Shown here piece after piece: positions 19,418 to 31,552 of a DNA stretch of 64,000 nucleotides. The notes under the pieces were generated by a model that made no database searches, was not told where the DNA came from, and saw nothing but the letters and a program-made list of their open reading frames with translations. Both the position numbers and the translations under genes were made by a program. The stretch lies in NCBI GenBank assembly GCA_963826065.1, contig CAWGVP010000002.1:173055-237054 (forward strand), written 5' to 3'. Position 1 is the first letter of the stretch. Each line of letters begins with the position of its first letter. The DNA is from an uncultured Gemmatimonadales bacterium (GTDB taxonomy: Bacteria > Gemmatimonadota > Gemmatimonadetes > Gemmatimonadales > GWC2-71-9).

Positions 19418-21334
19418 TCATGGTACCATAGCAGGCCACAGCGTGGCGTGGGTGTCGGTGTCCCGCTGCGGTGAGCTCGAGCCCACCACCTCACCCTTGT
19501 TGTTGATGCCCAGCGCCCGGCTCGCAGTCCAGTCCGGCAAGGCCCCCAGGTCAGTCATCGTCCCATTCTGCCACAGGAAGGCGTGGAGTAGGGCGAAGCC
19601 CGGCGTGAAGCTGAGGCCTGCTACCTGACCAACGTCGTTGATGGCAAACGCGAGGGCCGTAGGGCCGTCTTCGAGGGCGCCAATGTCGATCATCGCGCCG
19701 GTCGTTCCCCCAGGTTCTGTCGGGGTCCAGAGGAAGGCGCGTCGCTGGCCGTCCGGACCGGTGCTGTGACCCACAACCTGACCAGTGTTGTTGATGCCTT
19801 GAGCCTCGGCAGACGAGTAGGTCTCCGTCCCGCCGAAGTTGCCGAGATCGGTCATCGTCCCGGTCGATCCCCCCGGCTGAGCCGGGGTCCACAGGAACGC
19901 ATGGATGTCGTTGCTGTTCGTAAAGCTCAGGCCCACTACCTGACCGTTGGCGTTGATGCCTAAAGCCTCGCTGTCTCCTCCGGCCAGTGTGCCAAGATCG
20001 GTGACCGTGCCGTTCTGCCACAGTGTAGCGTGCCTCACGAAGGTCTCGCCCTCCATGAGGAAGCTGTACCCCACCACCTGACCAGGGTCATTGATGGCCA
20101 TGGCGATGCCGCCAATTTCGCCCACCCCGGTGCCGAGGTCGGCCATCGTCCCGGCCGTTCCCCCCGGCTGGTCCGGGGTCCACAGGAAGGCGTGCGCCTC
20201 ACCGCCGTTGGAGCTGGAGCCCACAATCTGGCCGTTGTTGTTGATGTCTTGCGCAGTGCTCGTGCTCCAGCCCGGCAGGGCGCCGAGGTCGAAGATCGCC
20301 CCATTCTGCCAGAGGAACGCGTGCTGGGTGCTGTTGTTGCCGTTCAGCATGGTGCTGGAGCCTACCACCTGCCCGCTCTCGTTGATACCTTGGGCCTGGC
20401 TGTTAGTCCCGCCGAGGGTGCCGAGGTCGATGGCGGCCGTTGAGCTGGTCACGGTCACCGTGGCGTTATTGCTCCGGCCCTCGCTGGTGGCGGTGATGGT
20501 CGCTTCCCCGGCGCTTAATCCGGTAATGAGCCCGTTCGGATCCACAGTCGCGACATCCGGGGTCCCGCTGGCCCAGCTCACCGGCTTGCCCGTGAGCAGC
20601 ACGCCGTGCAGGTCGTGCACCGTCGCCGTGAAGCTCTGAGTCGCGCCTACGTTGATGGACGCGGTAACCGGCGAGACCGTCACCGCGCCCACGATCCCCT
20701 TCGCGATCCAGAAATTGATGTTCAGCGAGCTCCCGGCCGGCCAGCCGATCTGCTGGGTGGTCGTCGCGTTCGACCTCTGCTTCTGGGTGGCGGTGGACAC
20801 CAGGATCTGCACATCCGCGAAGCCCAGCTCGCGCTGGAACCCGGCCGCCCCGGCCTGGACGTGAATGCGGTAGGTGGCGAGCGGCAAGAACTTCGAGGGC
20901 TTCCAGGCCACGAAATACACCGGCGCCGCCGCCGTCCCGCCCTTCTTGATCGCCGGGGTACTACTCGGAGTGAAGGTGGCGACCGGGGTGGCGGCACCGC
21001 AGTCGGGCACGCTCGCCAGGCAGATGCGCACGATGGGATCGAGGCCCGTAGGACAGGTGGTTCCGTTCGCCAGCAGGCAGGGGTCGAAGGTGCCAACGAC
21101 ACTGGGCTTGTCTCGCACCGTCGGCGGCTTGAAGTAGAAGCCCGCGAGCCCGGGGCTGTGCAATGGCGAGCCATCGCTGGTCAGGAAGCTTGGCCCTGCG
21201 GCACTAGGGGCCGAAGGTGCCATGGGTGACTCGTCTGGACTACACGCGGCCAATGCGAAGAGTGAAGCGCAGAGCGCGCCCTTGAAGGCGCGTGGCGTGT
21301 TGAACAGTCGACGAATATGCCGGGGGATGCACAC
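19418..21334 (-). CDS. Lipoprotein with one Big_2 Ig-like domain and seven HAF-type extracellular repeats
   Basis: GTG start at residue 150 of ORF 19418..21781 with GGGAGAA upstream. Lipobox LFALAAC. The Big_2-like segment is VTVSPVTASINVGATQSFTATV...ATITATS. Seven repeats of DLG..-A.GIN..GQVVG.S-...-HAFLW follow. Confidence 0.8.
   Translation of the reverse strand: MCIPRHIRRLFNTPRAFKGALCASLFALAACSPDESPMAPSAPSAAGPSFLTSDGSPLHSPGLAGFYFKPPTVRDKPSVVGTFDPCLLANGTTCPTGLDPIVRICLASVPDCGAATPVATFTPSSTPAIKKGGTAAAPVYFVAWKPSKFLPLATYRIHVQAGAAGFQRELGFADVQILVSTATQKQRSNATTTQQIGWPAGSSLNINFWIAKGIVGAVTVSPVTASINVGATQSFTATVHDLHGVLLTGKPVSWASGTPDVATVDPNGLITGLSAGEATITATSEGRSNNATVTVTSSTAAIDLGTLGGTNSQAQGINESGQVVGSSTMLNGNNSTQHAFLWQNGAIFDLGALPGWSTSTAQDINNNGQIVGSSSNGGEAHAFLWTPDQPGGTAGTMADLGTGVGEIGGIAMAINDPGQVVGYSFLMEGETFVRHATLWQNGTVTDLGTLAGGDSEALGINANGQVVGLSFTNSNDIHAFLWTPAQPGGSTGTMTDLGNFGGTETYSSAEAQGINNTGQVVGHSTGPDGQRRAFLWTPTEPGGTTGAMIDIGALEDGPTALAFAINDVGQVAGLSFTPGFALLHAFLWQNGTMTDLGALPDWTASRALGINNKGEVVGSSSPQRDTDTHATLWPAMVP
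19421..20431 (-). repeat. Seven tandem coding repeats of about 45-50 aa (HAF repeats)
   Basis: The motifs GIN(E/N/D/A)xGQ(V/I)VG and (H/R)A(F/T)LW each recur seven times. Confidence 0.7.
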
Positions 21335-21471
21335 GTTTTCTCCCGAGTCTGCCGTGCGAGGAACACCCAACTGGCGGCAGGGGGAGGGCGGAGAAACCGC
21401 GGCCCGGTGACGGAAGGTGAATGGGGGCTGGGACAGCCAGATCGCGTGTAGTGCGAGTGAGTGCGCTGCTA

Positions 21472-21505
21472 ATATAGCCGGTAGACACCGCGATTGATAT
21501 AGCCG
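21472..21505 (+). repeat. Direct repeat ATATAGCCG x2 (25-nt period) upstream of the toxin remnant
   Basis: 21472-21480 and 21497-21505. An AT-rich motif in GC-rich DNA. Possible relic operator or promoter. Confidence 0.35.
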
Positions 21506-21532
21506 CACGTTGCAGGTCCCACATATATCTAG

Positions 21533-21738
21533 CGTACACACGCTACCGTACATGCCCGAAGCGGACCGAGCGTCGATACCTTCGCCCGTGCAGCGGAACC
21601 CCGTCCCAGGGGGTGCACCAAGCGGAAGGTGCTGATGATGCCTATCGCATCCGCGCCGGCAACTGCCGGATCGTGTATGTGGTCGAGGACGGCGTGTTGC
21701 TGGTGACAATGATTCGTACTGGGCATCGTCGTGAGGTA
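21533..21738 (+). pseudogene. RelE/ParE-family toxin remnant (5'-truncated, frameshifted)
   Basis: C-terminal half ADDAYRIRAGNCRIVYVVEDGVLLVTMIRTGHRREV reads in the frame of ORF 21613. The preceding ...FARAAEPRPRGCTK reads in another frame, with the junction near 21620. There is no start codon and no antitoxin gene. Confidence 0.55.
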
Positions 21739-22097
21739 CCGCACGTCGGCAGCCTGCTCCAAACAAAGCCCGGGAGAGCACCCCCCGGCTTTACCGTCAG
21801 TCTTCGGCTCGCCCGCGTGGAGGCCGGCGTGACGGGGGCGGGGACTGACCGCGGTTCCTATTGCCGGGACTGCGGGGGTCTCAACATCGAGGACTTTGCC
21901 ATCCATGCAGGACCAGCCCGAGAGTGCCGGACATTGATGCCGCACTGGCCTTGGGCTCCGACCGCTGGCTCCGCTGCGGGGAGCTGACGCTGATTGGCGC
22001 TCTCGCCGGGGAAGCCGTACGAAGCGTACAGTGACAGAGGGGACCTGCGAGTCCGCCATTCGTCCCCTTAGTGCTAGGCGTAGTGCCAGATGTGAGA

Positions 22098-22127
22098 AAC
22101 CACTTGAGCGCGAGCGCCCAAGTGGTT
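22098..22127 (-). terminator. Hairpin just 3' of tRNA-Met (AACCACTTG-N12-CAAGTGGTT)
   Basis: 9-bp stem followed on the minus strand by GTTTCTCACATCT, starting 11 nt after the tRNA end. Confidence 0.4.
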
Positions 22128-22137
22128 GCGGATAAAA

Positions 22138-22211
22138 TAGCAGGGGCGGGACTCGAACCCGCGACCCCGGCATTATGAGTGCCGTGCTCTAACCAGCTGA
22201 GCTACCCTGCC
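22138..22211 (-). tRNA. tRNA-Met (anticodon CAT), elongator-like
   Basis: GGCAGGGTAGCTCAGCTGGTTAGAGCACGGCACTCATAATGCCGGGGTCGCGGGTTCGAGTCCCGCCCCTGCTA folds as a cloverleaf. It resembles elongator Met (GTAGCTCAG.TGGTTAGAGCAC...CTCATAATG). No encoded CCA. Confidence 0.9.
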
Positions 22212-22247
22212 AGAGAGCGGCAAACCTAATCCCTGCCCTACCGCTCC

Positions 22248-23848
<1,601 letters not shown>

Positions 23849-23865
23849 CTAGCCGCGGCTCCGGA

Positions 23866-24849
23866 TCAACGGAAGTGGTCGTAGCCGCGCAACTCGAGCC
23901 GCCGGCCGGCGAGGTCCGCGCGCACGCCGCGACCGCGCGCGACCGTGCCGATGCGAGTGAGAGCGATGCCGCAGGCCTCCTCGAATCCGAGGACCGCGGT
24001 GGGGTCGAAGTCCGGTGGCAGAGCCACCAGCAGCTCGAAGTCCTCGCCCCCTTCGGCGGCCAACTGCTGCACCGGCAGGTCGAGCCGCTTGGCCTCCGCG
24101 ATCGTCGCGGCGGCAACCGGCACCCTCTCCAGCTCGAGGTCGATTCGGACGCCGGACGCCGCTGCCAGATGACCCGCGTCGCCCGCCAGGCCGTCGCTGA
24201 GATCGAGCATCGCACGGGCGCCGTGAGCCGCGAGCCACAGCCCCGCCGATATCCGCGGCTCGGGGCGCGCGAAGGCGCGCCTGGCGTCGTCAGCCGGCGC
24301 GGCCCCGCGGCGCCACGCCTCGAGTGCGGCTCGCGCGCCGCCGAGCACACCGGTCACCCAGATCCCGTCACCCGGCCGCGCTCCGACGCGTGTCACCGGT
24401 CGCGGGGCGCGTCCCACCACCGTGGTCGCGACGCTCCATACGGGCCCCGCGGAGAGGTCGCCGCCGATGACGGCGGCGCCCGCCGCGGAGGCCGCCTCAC
24501 CGATGCCGGTTGCCAGAGCCGTCAGATCGCCCTCCGCCGCGCGGTGCGGAACGCTGATCGCCGAGAGCACGCCGACCGGGTTCGCGCCCTCCGCCGCGAG
24601 ATCCGAGAGCGCCGCGGCCGTGGCGCGCCAGCCCACTTCGGCCAGGTCGATCCAGTCCAGCCGGAAATGCACGTCTTCGACGCTCACATCGGTCGAGAGG
24701 GCCAGCGCCCCGTCGCCGTCGGGCAGCAGCGCGCAGTCATCGCCGAGCGAATGCGCCCGAGGGCCGAGTACTCGGGCGATCTCCCGGATGCGATCGAACT
24801 CCGGGCCGGGACCCAGCTCCGCGGCCGGGCTCTGCACGGGTGGAATCAC
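23866..24849 (-). CDS. thiL: Thiamine-monophosphate kinase
   Basis: LGDDCALL...LSTDVSVEDVHF... AIR-synthase-like fold motifs. GTG start (residue 143 of ORF 23866..25275) overlaps the upstream stop (GTGA). Confidence 0.85.
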   Translation of the reverse strand: MIPPVQSPAAELGPGPEFDRIREIARVLGPRAHSLGDDCALLPDGDGALALSTDVSVEDVHFRLDWIDLAEVGWRATAAALSDLAAEGANPVGVLSAISVPHRAAEGDLTALATGIGEAASAAGAAVIGGDLSAGPVWSVATTVVGRAPRPVTRVGARPGDGIWVTGVLGGARAALEAWRRGAAPADDARRAFARPEPRISAGLWLAAHGARAMLDLSDGLAGDAGHLAAASGVRIDLELERVPVAAATIAEAKRLDLPVQQLAAEGGEDFELLVALPPDFDPTAVLGFEEACGIALTRIGTVARGRGVRADLAGRRLELRGYDHFR

Positions 24850-26414
24850 GGACGGATGGCGTCGAGCCGAAAGCGAACCAGCCCGTCCTCGGTGGCGACC
24901 CAGAGATAGTCGCGGTCCACCGCGAGGTCGGTGGCCGGGCCGGGAAGGTCGCCGTCCCGAAGGGAGCGAATCATCGCCCCGTTCAGGCGCACGAACCCGA
25001 CCCCCCGCTCGCCGGCGACCCAGAATCCGGGACCGTCCGGAACGAAGCGACGGAGGCGTCCGAGCAGGGCGGAAAGGTTGGGACCGATGGACCACGCACC
25101 GCCTCGCGGATTGCGCCAGATGATGTGGTCGCGGGTAAGGCCGGCCAGCGTGTCGCCCAAGGTCGACAGACCGTACACCGGCTGCTGGAGGCCGGCCGAC
25201 GACAGACTGCGTGGCCGCACCAGGTCCTCCCGCCCCGGCAGGGCGAGCAGCAGACCGCTCGAGGTACCGACCCACACCGAATCGCCTGCCGGGAAGACCG
25301 CGTAGGCGGCGCCGGCGAAGCGCGGCGCCACGCGGGTCACCTGAAGCTCATCGTCCATTCGCGCGAGGCCGTGCGCGGTGCCGACCACCACGCTGCCCGT
25401 GCGGCCCACCACGTCGAACACGCGGCTGTCGGGGAGTCCGCGGCTCTGGTCGATGAGATCGATCTGCTGTTCGTTCGGATCCACCCGGGCAAGGCCGAAG
25501 TCCGTCGCGGCCCAGAGCGCCTTGTCGCGGCCGGCCAGCTCGAGCACCCGGCTGAACGGCGTGCCCGTCGCGGGGAGGCCGTGCACCGTGCGGAACTCTC
25601 GGAGCTCGGAGCTCACGAAGGTGAACGCCGCTTCGGCCTCCGGCGTGCGGTTGGTGGCGGCCCACAGTCCACCCGGCCAGCTCGTCACCGCCCCGACGTA
25701 CGAGGACGGCAGCCCGAAGGGAACCCGCTCGGGAATCGCCCCCGCGTCCTGGAGGTAGAACAGCCCCAGTCCCGCAGTGCCGATGTACCAACCTTGATTG
25801 TCGGCCGCTCGTGCTGCCGCGGTCAGTCGCACGGGCCGCATTCTGGAGTCGAGAAGGTATCCTGCGGCGTTGACCTGGAGCGTCGGCGCCTGTCGAAGGG
25901 CTTCCTCGACGGTCGTCGGCCGGATCGGCTGGGCGGGCCCGCGACCCGGAACCGCCACCGTGCTTCCCCGAGGAACCAGCAACCAGCCGGTGCTGGTCCG
26001 GATGTGGAGGCCGCCCGCGGGATCGCTCTCGTCGAACGCGATGGTCGACACGGAACCCGGCGCCACGCCTTCGTCCCACAGCCGGAGCTCGGGCTGGAAG
26101 TGTACCCACCCGGTGTTCCGCGCGAGCCACAAGGACTGGTCGAGCGGATCCACCAGCGCCGCGAACACCCCATTCAACGTGTTGCGGACCGGCGGCTCGA
26201 ACGGCCCCGCCCAGGTCCGAAAGTGCGGCTGCCAGATCACCAGCGAGGTGGGAGAGGTCACGTAGACCCGATCGATCGACGTGGCGATCGAGGTGACACG
26301 ACTGAAATTTCCGATCACCGTGCGGTCCTCCGGCCGCCAGTCCCGACTGGGAGACTGCGCCGCCGCCGTGACCGTCATGACCGCGGAGATCGACACCGCG
26401 CCAAGAATACGCAT
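24846..26414 (-). CDS. Secreted beta-propeller repeat protein (two-component-regulator-propeller-like repeats)
   Basis: Start at MRILGAVSISAVMTVTAAAQ (signal peptide). W(V/A)(A/G)T..GL units recur: LWVATEDGLVRF, VWVGTSSGLLL, VVVGTAHGLARM, LWAATDFGLARV. Confidence 0.7.
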   Translation of the reverse strand: MRILGAVSISAVMTVTAAAQSPSRDWRPEDRTVIGNFSRVTSIATSIDRVYVTSPTSLVIWQPHFRTWAGPFEPPVRNTLNGVFAALVDPLDQSLWLARNTGWVHFQPELRLWDEGVAPGSVSTIAFDESDPAGGLHIRTSTGWLLVPRGSTVAVPGRGPAQPIRPTTVEEALRQAPTLQVNAAGYLLDSRMRPVRLTAAARAADNQGWYIGTAGLGLFYLQDAGAIPERVPFGLPSSYVGAVTSWPGGLWAATNRTPEAEAAFTFVSSELREFRTVHGLPATGTPFSRVLELAGRDKALWAATDFGLARVDPNEQQIDLIDQSRGLPDSRVFDVVGRTGSVVVGTAHGLARMDDELQVTRVAPRFAGAAYAVFPAGDSVWVGTSSGLLLALPGREDLVRPRSLSSAGLQQPVYGLSTLGDTLAGLTRDHIIWRNPRGGAWSIGPNLSALLGRLRRFVPDGPGFWVAGERGVGFVRLNGAMIRSLRDGDLPGPATDLAVDRDYLWVATEDGLVRFRLDAIRP

Positions 26415-26455
26415 GACCGGAATGTATACCTCGACCGAAGGGCGACCGCGCACGG

Positions 26456-28003
26456 TCACGCCGTCAGCGGACGGGGAAGCTCCAGCAGGATGGGTGGCAC
26501 GGGTGGCGGGGGCGATCGGCGCAGCAGCTCCCATTCGCGCCATAGGTCAGGCAGTGCGGCGATCACATCCATCGGGCGAAGACCTCGCGCCGAGACCCGC
26601 CGGGCCGCGATATCGGCGCTGCGGCCGAGTGCCTGGGCGCCAAGCGCCGCGGCGATCTCGGGCTCGATGTCGCGCGCGAGCGCGGCGCCGATGAGGCCGC
26701 TCAACACGTCACCGCTTCCCCCGGTGGCGAGCCCTGGATTTCCCGATGCGATGGTGAGCGTTGGCCGTCCGGTGGAGGCGACGATCGAGGGCACGCCCTT
26801 GAGCAGGACCACGGAGGCGGTCCGCTCGGCTGCCGCTCCCGCCGCCCCCCAGGGGTCCACTTCTCGCTCGGAGGCGAGCTCGGGGAACAGCGTGCGGAAT
26901 TCCCCCGGATGCGGCGTCAGCACCACCCGGCGACCGCTCGCAAGCAGACGGAGCTCCTCGACCGCTCCCTGGAACGCCACCAGCGCGTCGGCATCGAGCA
27001 CCACGGCCCGAGCCGCTTCCGCCAGCGCCATCACCAGGGCGCGCCGGCCGGTCGCGCGGCCCAGGCCGGGACCTATCACCACCGCGTCGGCGCGGGACAC
27101 CAGTTCCTGGAGCTGGGGGCTCGGGTCCTGGTCGAAGGGATGGGCCAGGGTCTGCAGATCGGGCTCGGCCTGCACCAGCGCGGCAACCGTCTCGGGGGGC
27201 GCGACGGCGTGAACCAGGCCCGCCCCGGCGGCGAACGCCGCGCGGGAGGCCATGCGGACTGCACCGGTCATGCCCGCGTTGCCGCCGACCACCACCACAC
27301 GGCCGCGCGTACCCTTGTGGTCCCTGGCGTGGAGGCGCGGCAGCCAGCCGGCTGCTTCGCGGTCCGACACCAGCGTCGGCCATTCCGTCTCGGGAGGGGG
27401 GTGACCGATGTCGGTCACGACGACCGTACCGACCTCGTCCCGGGCGAGCAGATGGCCCCGCCGAAAGCCGCCGAAAGTCACCGTGATATCGGCGCGTGGC
27501 GTGCCGTGCACGATTCCGCTCAGGAGGTCCACACCCGTGGGTCCGTCCACCGCCACGACCGGAAGCTCGAGATCGAGCAGCCGGTCGAGCAGCGCGGCCA
27601 CGGCCGGGCGCGGCGCCCCGCTGGCGCCGGTGCCGAGCAGGGCGTCCACCACCAGGCCTACCCGGGGCCAGGGCCCGTCGGGTGCCACCTCGCGGACACC
27701 CTCCGCACGCGCCAGGCCGGCCATCCGCTCACGCAGCGCCGCACCCGCGCCGGCCGGCGAGGTGACCCAGACCGGCACCTCGAGCCGGTGCAGCGCACGG
27801 GCGACCACCCACCCGTCGCCGCCGTTGTGCCCGGGCCCGGCCGCGACCAGCACGCCTTCGCCCAACCGTGCCGCGAATCGCGGGGCGAGGATGGCGACCA
27901 CTGCCCGGCCCGCGACCTCCATGAGCGTGGCCAGGTCCACGCCGGCGGCGACGGCCTTGCGGTCCCAGGCGGAGGATTGGTCGGGGGTGAGGATGGGGAG
28001 CAA
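26456..28003 (-). CDS. nnr: Bifunctional NAD(P)H-hydrate repair enzyme (epimerase / ADP-dependent dehydratase)
   Basis: YjeF_N motif GPGHNGGDG followed by a carbohydrate-kinase-like C-terminal domain (GSGDVLSG). Confidence 0.9.
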   Translation of the reverse strand: MLPILTPDQSSAWDRKAVAAGVDLATLMEVAGRAVVAILAPRFAARLGEGVLVAAGPGHNGGDGWVVARALHRLEVPVWVTSPAGAGAALRERMAGLARAEGVREVAPDGPWPRVGLVVDALLGTGASGAPRPAVAALLDRLLDLELPVVAVDGPTGVDLLSGIVHGTPRADITVTFGGFRRGHLLARDEVGTVVVTDIGHPPPETEWPTLVSDREAAGWLPRLHARDHKGTRGRVVVVGGNAGMTGAVRMASRAAFAAGAGLVHAVAPPETVAALVQAEPDLQTLAHPFDQDPSPQLQELVSRADAVVIGPGLGRATGRRALVMALAEAARAVVLDADALVAFQGAVEELRLLASGRRVVLTPHPGEFRTLFPELASEREVDPWGAAGAAAERTASVVLLKGVPSIVASTGRPTLTIASGNPGLATGGSGDVLSGLIGAALARDIEPEIAAALGAQALGRSADIAARRVSARGLRPMDVIAALPDLWREWELLRRSPPPPVPPILLELPRPLTA

Positions 28004-28027
28004 GGCTTCAGCGCGGCCCCGCTGAGA

Positions 28028-28222
28028 TCATTTGTAGCTCTGACCTATCGCCCGCCCGAACGAGATCTCACCGTTGTCGATTCGGAGATTGAAGCCGCAG
28101 TCCGGATTGGTGCAGACCCAGGCTTTGTAGGTGATGGGCGCCCCTTCGCGACCGTAGTCCGAGAGGGGAATCAAGGTCCCCTGCGAGCACTTCTGACACG
28201 CCGGCCACTCGGGTCTCTCCAT
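28028..28222 (-). CDS. Small zinc-ribbon protein (64 aa)
   Basis: CQKC ... CTNPDC cysteine pairs. ATG at 28222 preceded by GGAGGGGG. Confidence 0.55.
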   Translation of the reverse strand: MERPEWPACQKCSQGTLIPLSDYGREGAPITYKAWVCTNPDCGFNLRIDNGEISFGRAIGQSYK

Positions 28223-28250
28223 ATCCCCCTCCGCTGTCGATCCACCCCGT

Positions 28251-28637
28251 TCAGGCGCCTTGCACTCCCTGCCACTGATAGGCATCGCCGAACGCATCGG
28301 CGAACTGGTAGACGGCTTCGAAATCGGCCTCCTGATCGCCGGGCTGAGTGACCAGCAGGCCGACGTCCACGAGGGTGAACACCATGCGGCCGAAGTCCTC
28401 GGTGCGGGTGACGCCCCAATGGCCCAGCACGTGGGGAGCCAGCAGCCCGAACTGCTCCCGCGCGAAGTCGCGACAGGCCCAGGCCAGCTCGGCGGCGCTC
28501 ACATGACGGCGCGCCGGGAGACGGGACTGGAGATACTCGATCGTCGCGAGGACGAAGAGGTACGCCCGCTCATTGTAGGCTCCGCCCCGGGCTCGGATGC
28601 GGGCCATCACGTCGTCGGCGAATTGCAGCTCGTTCAC
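28251..28637 (-). CDS. Conserved hypothetical protein (Minf_1886-like family, from memory)
   Basis: Pattern Y.ERAYLFV...RHVSAAEL......FG.LA..VL..WGV.RTEDFG.MVF.LV..G.L. Confidence 0.65.
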   Translation of the reverse strand: MNELQFADDVMARIRARGGAYNERAYLFVLATIEYLQSRLPARRHVSAAELAWACRDFAREQFGLLAPHVLGHWGVTRTEDFGRMVFTLVDVGLLVTQPGDQEADFEAVYQFADAFGDAYQWQGVQGA

Positions 28638-28669
28638 CGGAGATCCTCGGCCAGGCGGGGCGCCACGAT

Positions 28670-29953
28670 TCAGGCGCTCCGGCGGACGCGGCCGGCGGTC
28701 GATTTCGGCTGGTAGAGCGGAAAGCTCGAGCTCAGCTCGCCCACCTCCTCCCGGACCCGGGCCAGGGTGGCCTCGTCGGGGCGCGTCAGCGCCCGGTCGA
28801 TCAGCTCCGCCACCCGCTCCATCTCGCCGGTCCCCATGCCCCGCGTGGTCACCGCCGGCGTGCCCAGTCGGATGCCGCTGGTGACGAATGGCGACTGGGG
28901 ATCGTCCGGGATCGTGTTCTTGTTGACCGTGATGCCGGCCTGGTCGAGGATCTTTTCCGCCGCCTTGCCAGTCAGGTTCTTCGGCCTCAGGTCGACCAGC
29001 ATCAGGTGCGTGTCGGTCCCGCCGGATACGATCGCAAAGCCGCGGTCGATCAGCGATGTCGCCAGGGTCTTGGCGTTCTGGACCACGCGCTTGCTGTAGG
29101 TCTTGAAGTCGTCGGTCAGAGCCTCCCCGAACGCCACAGCCTTGGCCGCGATCACGTGCTGCAGCGGACCGCCCTGGGTGCCGGGAAACACGGACTTGTC
29201 GACCGCCTTGGCGTGTTCGGCGGTGCTGAGGATCAGCCCGGCGCGGGGGCCGCGCAGTGTCTTGTGGGTGGTGCTGGTCACCACCGGCGCATGCGGCACC
29301 GGCGACGGGTACACCCCGCCCGCCACCAGCCCGGCGAAGTGCGCCATGTCCACCAGGAAGATGGCGCCGACCTCGTCGGCGATGGACCGGAACGCGGCGA
29401 AGTCGATGATCCGCGCGTACGCGCTCCCGCCCGCGATGATCAGGCGGGGGCGCTCGCGGCGGGCCTGCTCGCGCACGGCGTCGTGGTCGATGCGCCCGGT
29501 CCCGGGATCCACCCCGTAGTGGACGGCCTTCCAGATCACGCCGCTGTGGTTGACCGCCGCGCCGTGGCTCAGATGCCCGCCATGGGGCAGCGACATCCCC
29601 ATGATCTTCTCGCCCGGGGGGATCAGCGCCATGAAGGCGGCGAAGTTGGCCTGGGCCCCGGAGTGCGGCTGGACGTTGGCGTGCTCCGCCCCGAAGATCT
29701 GCTTCAGGCGATCGATGGCAAGCTGCTCGATCTCGTCGATGACCTCGCAGCCCCCGTAGTACCGACGGCCAGGGTAGCCCTCCGCGTACTTGTTGGTGAG
29801 CGGCGTGCCCATCGCGTCGATCACGGCGCGGCTGGCGAAATTCTCGCTCGCGATCAGCTCCAGGCCGTGGCGTTGGCGCCCCAGCTCGCGATCGATCAGA
29901 TGCGCCACCAGCGGATCGGCGTCCCGGAGGCTCGCGTTGTGGTCGATGGTCAT
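28670..29953 (-). CDS. glyA: Serine hydroxymethyltransferase
   Basis: 427 aa. PLP-lysine motif [14 protein letters not shown]-like throughout. Confidence 0.97.
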   Translation of the reverse strand: MTIDHNASLRDADPLVAHLIDRELGRQRHGLELIASENFASRAVIDAMGTPLTNKYAEGYPGRRYYGGCEVIDEIEQLAIDRLKQIFGAEHANVQPHSGAQANFAAFMALIPPGEKIMGMSLPHGGHLSHGAAVNHSGVIWKAVHYGVDPGTGRIDHDAVREQARRERPRLIIAGGSAYARIIDFAAFRSIADEVGAIFLVDMAHFAGLVAGGVYPSPVPHAPVVTSTTHKTLRGPRAGLILSTAEHAKAVDKSVFPGTQGGPLQHVIAAKAVAFGEALTDDFKTYSKRVVQNAKTLATSLIDRGFAIVSGGTDTHLMLVDLRPKNLTGKAAEKILDQAGITVNKNTIPDDPQSPFVTSGIRLGTPAVTTRGMGTGEMERVAELIDRALTRPDEATLARVREEVGELSSSFPLYQPKSTAGRVRRSA

Positions 29954-30393
29954 GCCTGCTCCTGGTCGATTTTCGCTACCCGGCGGCCGTGCCGGCCCCC
30001 GGCGAATGCCGTGCTCAGCCAGGTCTTCAGGATCTCCACGCCGTCCGCCTCGGTCACGAAGCGCGCCGGCAGGATGAGGACGTTGGCGTCGTTGTGCTCC
30101 CGGGCGAGGCGCGCGATCTCGGGCGACCAGGCGACCGCGGCGCGCACCCCGGGATGGCGGTTGGCCGCGTACGACATGCCCAATCCGGTGCCGCAGAGCA
30201 GCACGCCGCGGCGAGCCTCGTGATGTTCTACCCGGGACGCGACCTGGTGAGCGTAATCGGGATAGTCGGTCGATTCCGGCCCGTCGGTACCGAGATCGAG
30301 CGGCGCATACCCCATCGCCCGCAACTCGTCGACCAACCGCTGCTTGAGCTCGAACCCGGCGTGGTCGGCGCCGATGGGAATGACTTCGGGCAT
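29950..30393 (-). CDS. rpiB: Ribose-5-phosphate isomerase B
   Basis: Start at [17 protein letters not shown] (residue 87 of ORF 29950..30651). [14 protein letters not shown] motif. Confidence 0.9.
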   Translation of the reverse strand: MPEVIPIGADHAGFELKQRLVDELRAMGYAPLDLGTDGPESTDYPDYAHQVASRVEHHEARRGVLLCGTGLGMSYAANRHPGVRAAVAWSPEIARLAREHNDANVLILPARFVTEADGVEILKTWLSTAFAGGRHGRRVAKIDQEQA

Positions 30394-30444
30394 CTGGTAC
30401 CTAATGTATAAGGAAATGCCTGCGCGGTAGAGGGGAAAAGGACA

Positions 30445-30476
30445 GTGGGGCAGCGGGGCGGCCGCCCACCTGCCCA

Positions 30477-30477
<1 letters not shown>
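30445..30477 (-). terminator. GC-rich hairpin plus U-rich tail after the dehydrogenase gene
   Basis: GTGGGGCAG...GGGCGGCCGCCC...CTGCCCAC overlaps the stop codon. It is followed on the minus strand by TGTCCTTTTCCCCT. Confidence 0.45.
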
Positions 30478-31541
<1,064 letters not shown>

Positions 31542-31552
31542 CGGGTCTCCCT

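Larger units (their letters stand above)
18874..22137. mobile_element. 3.3-kb islet between tRNA-Met and its degenerate direct repeat (possible remnant of an integrated element; no integrase left)
   Basis: Same-orientation tRNA-derived repeats at both ends. Cargo is a HAF-repeat lipoprotein and a RelE/ParE toxin remnant. The ends of the islet are AT-richer. Confidence 0.35.

Noticed and set aside
22138-22211. tRNA(CAT) as the tRNA-Ile2 substrate of the TilS encoded at 6236..7555.
   Set aside because: The D-arm and anticodon-stem sequence (GTAGCTCAGCTGGTTAGAGCAC...CTCATAATG) resembles elongator tRNA-Met far more than tRNA-Ile2 as I remember them. The identity elements cannot be verified without a classifier.
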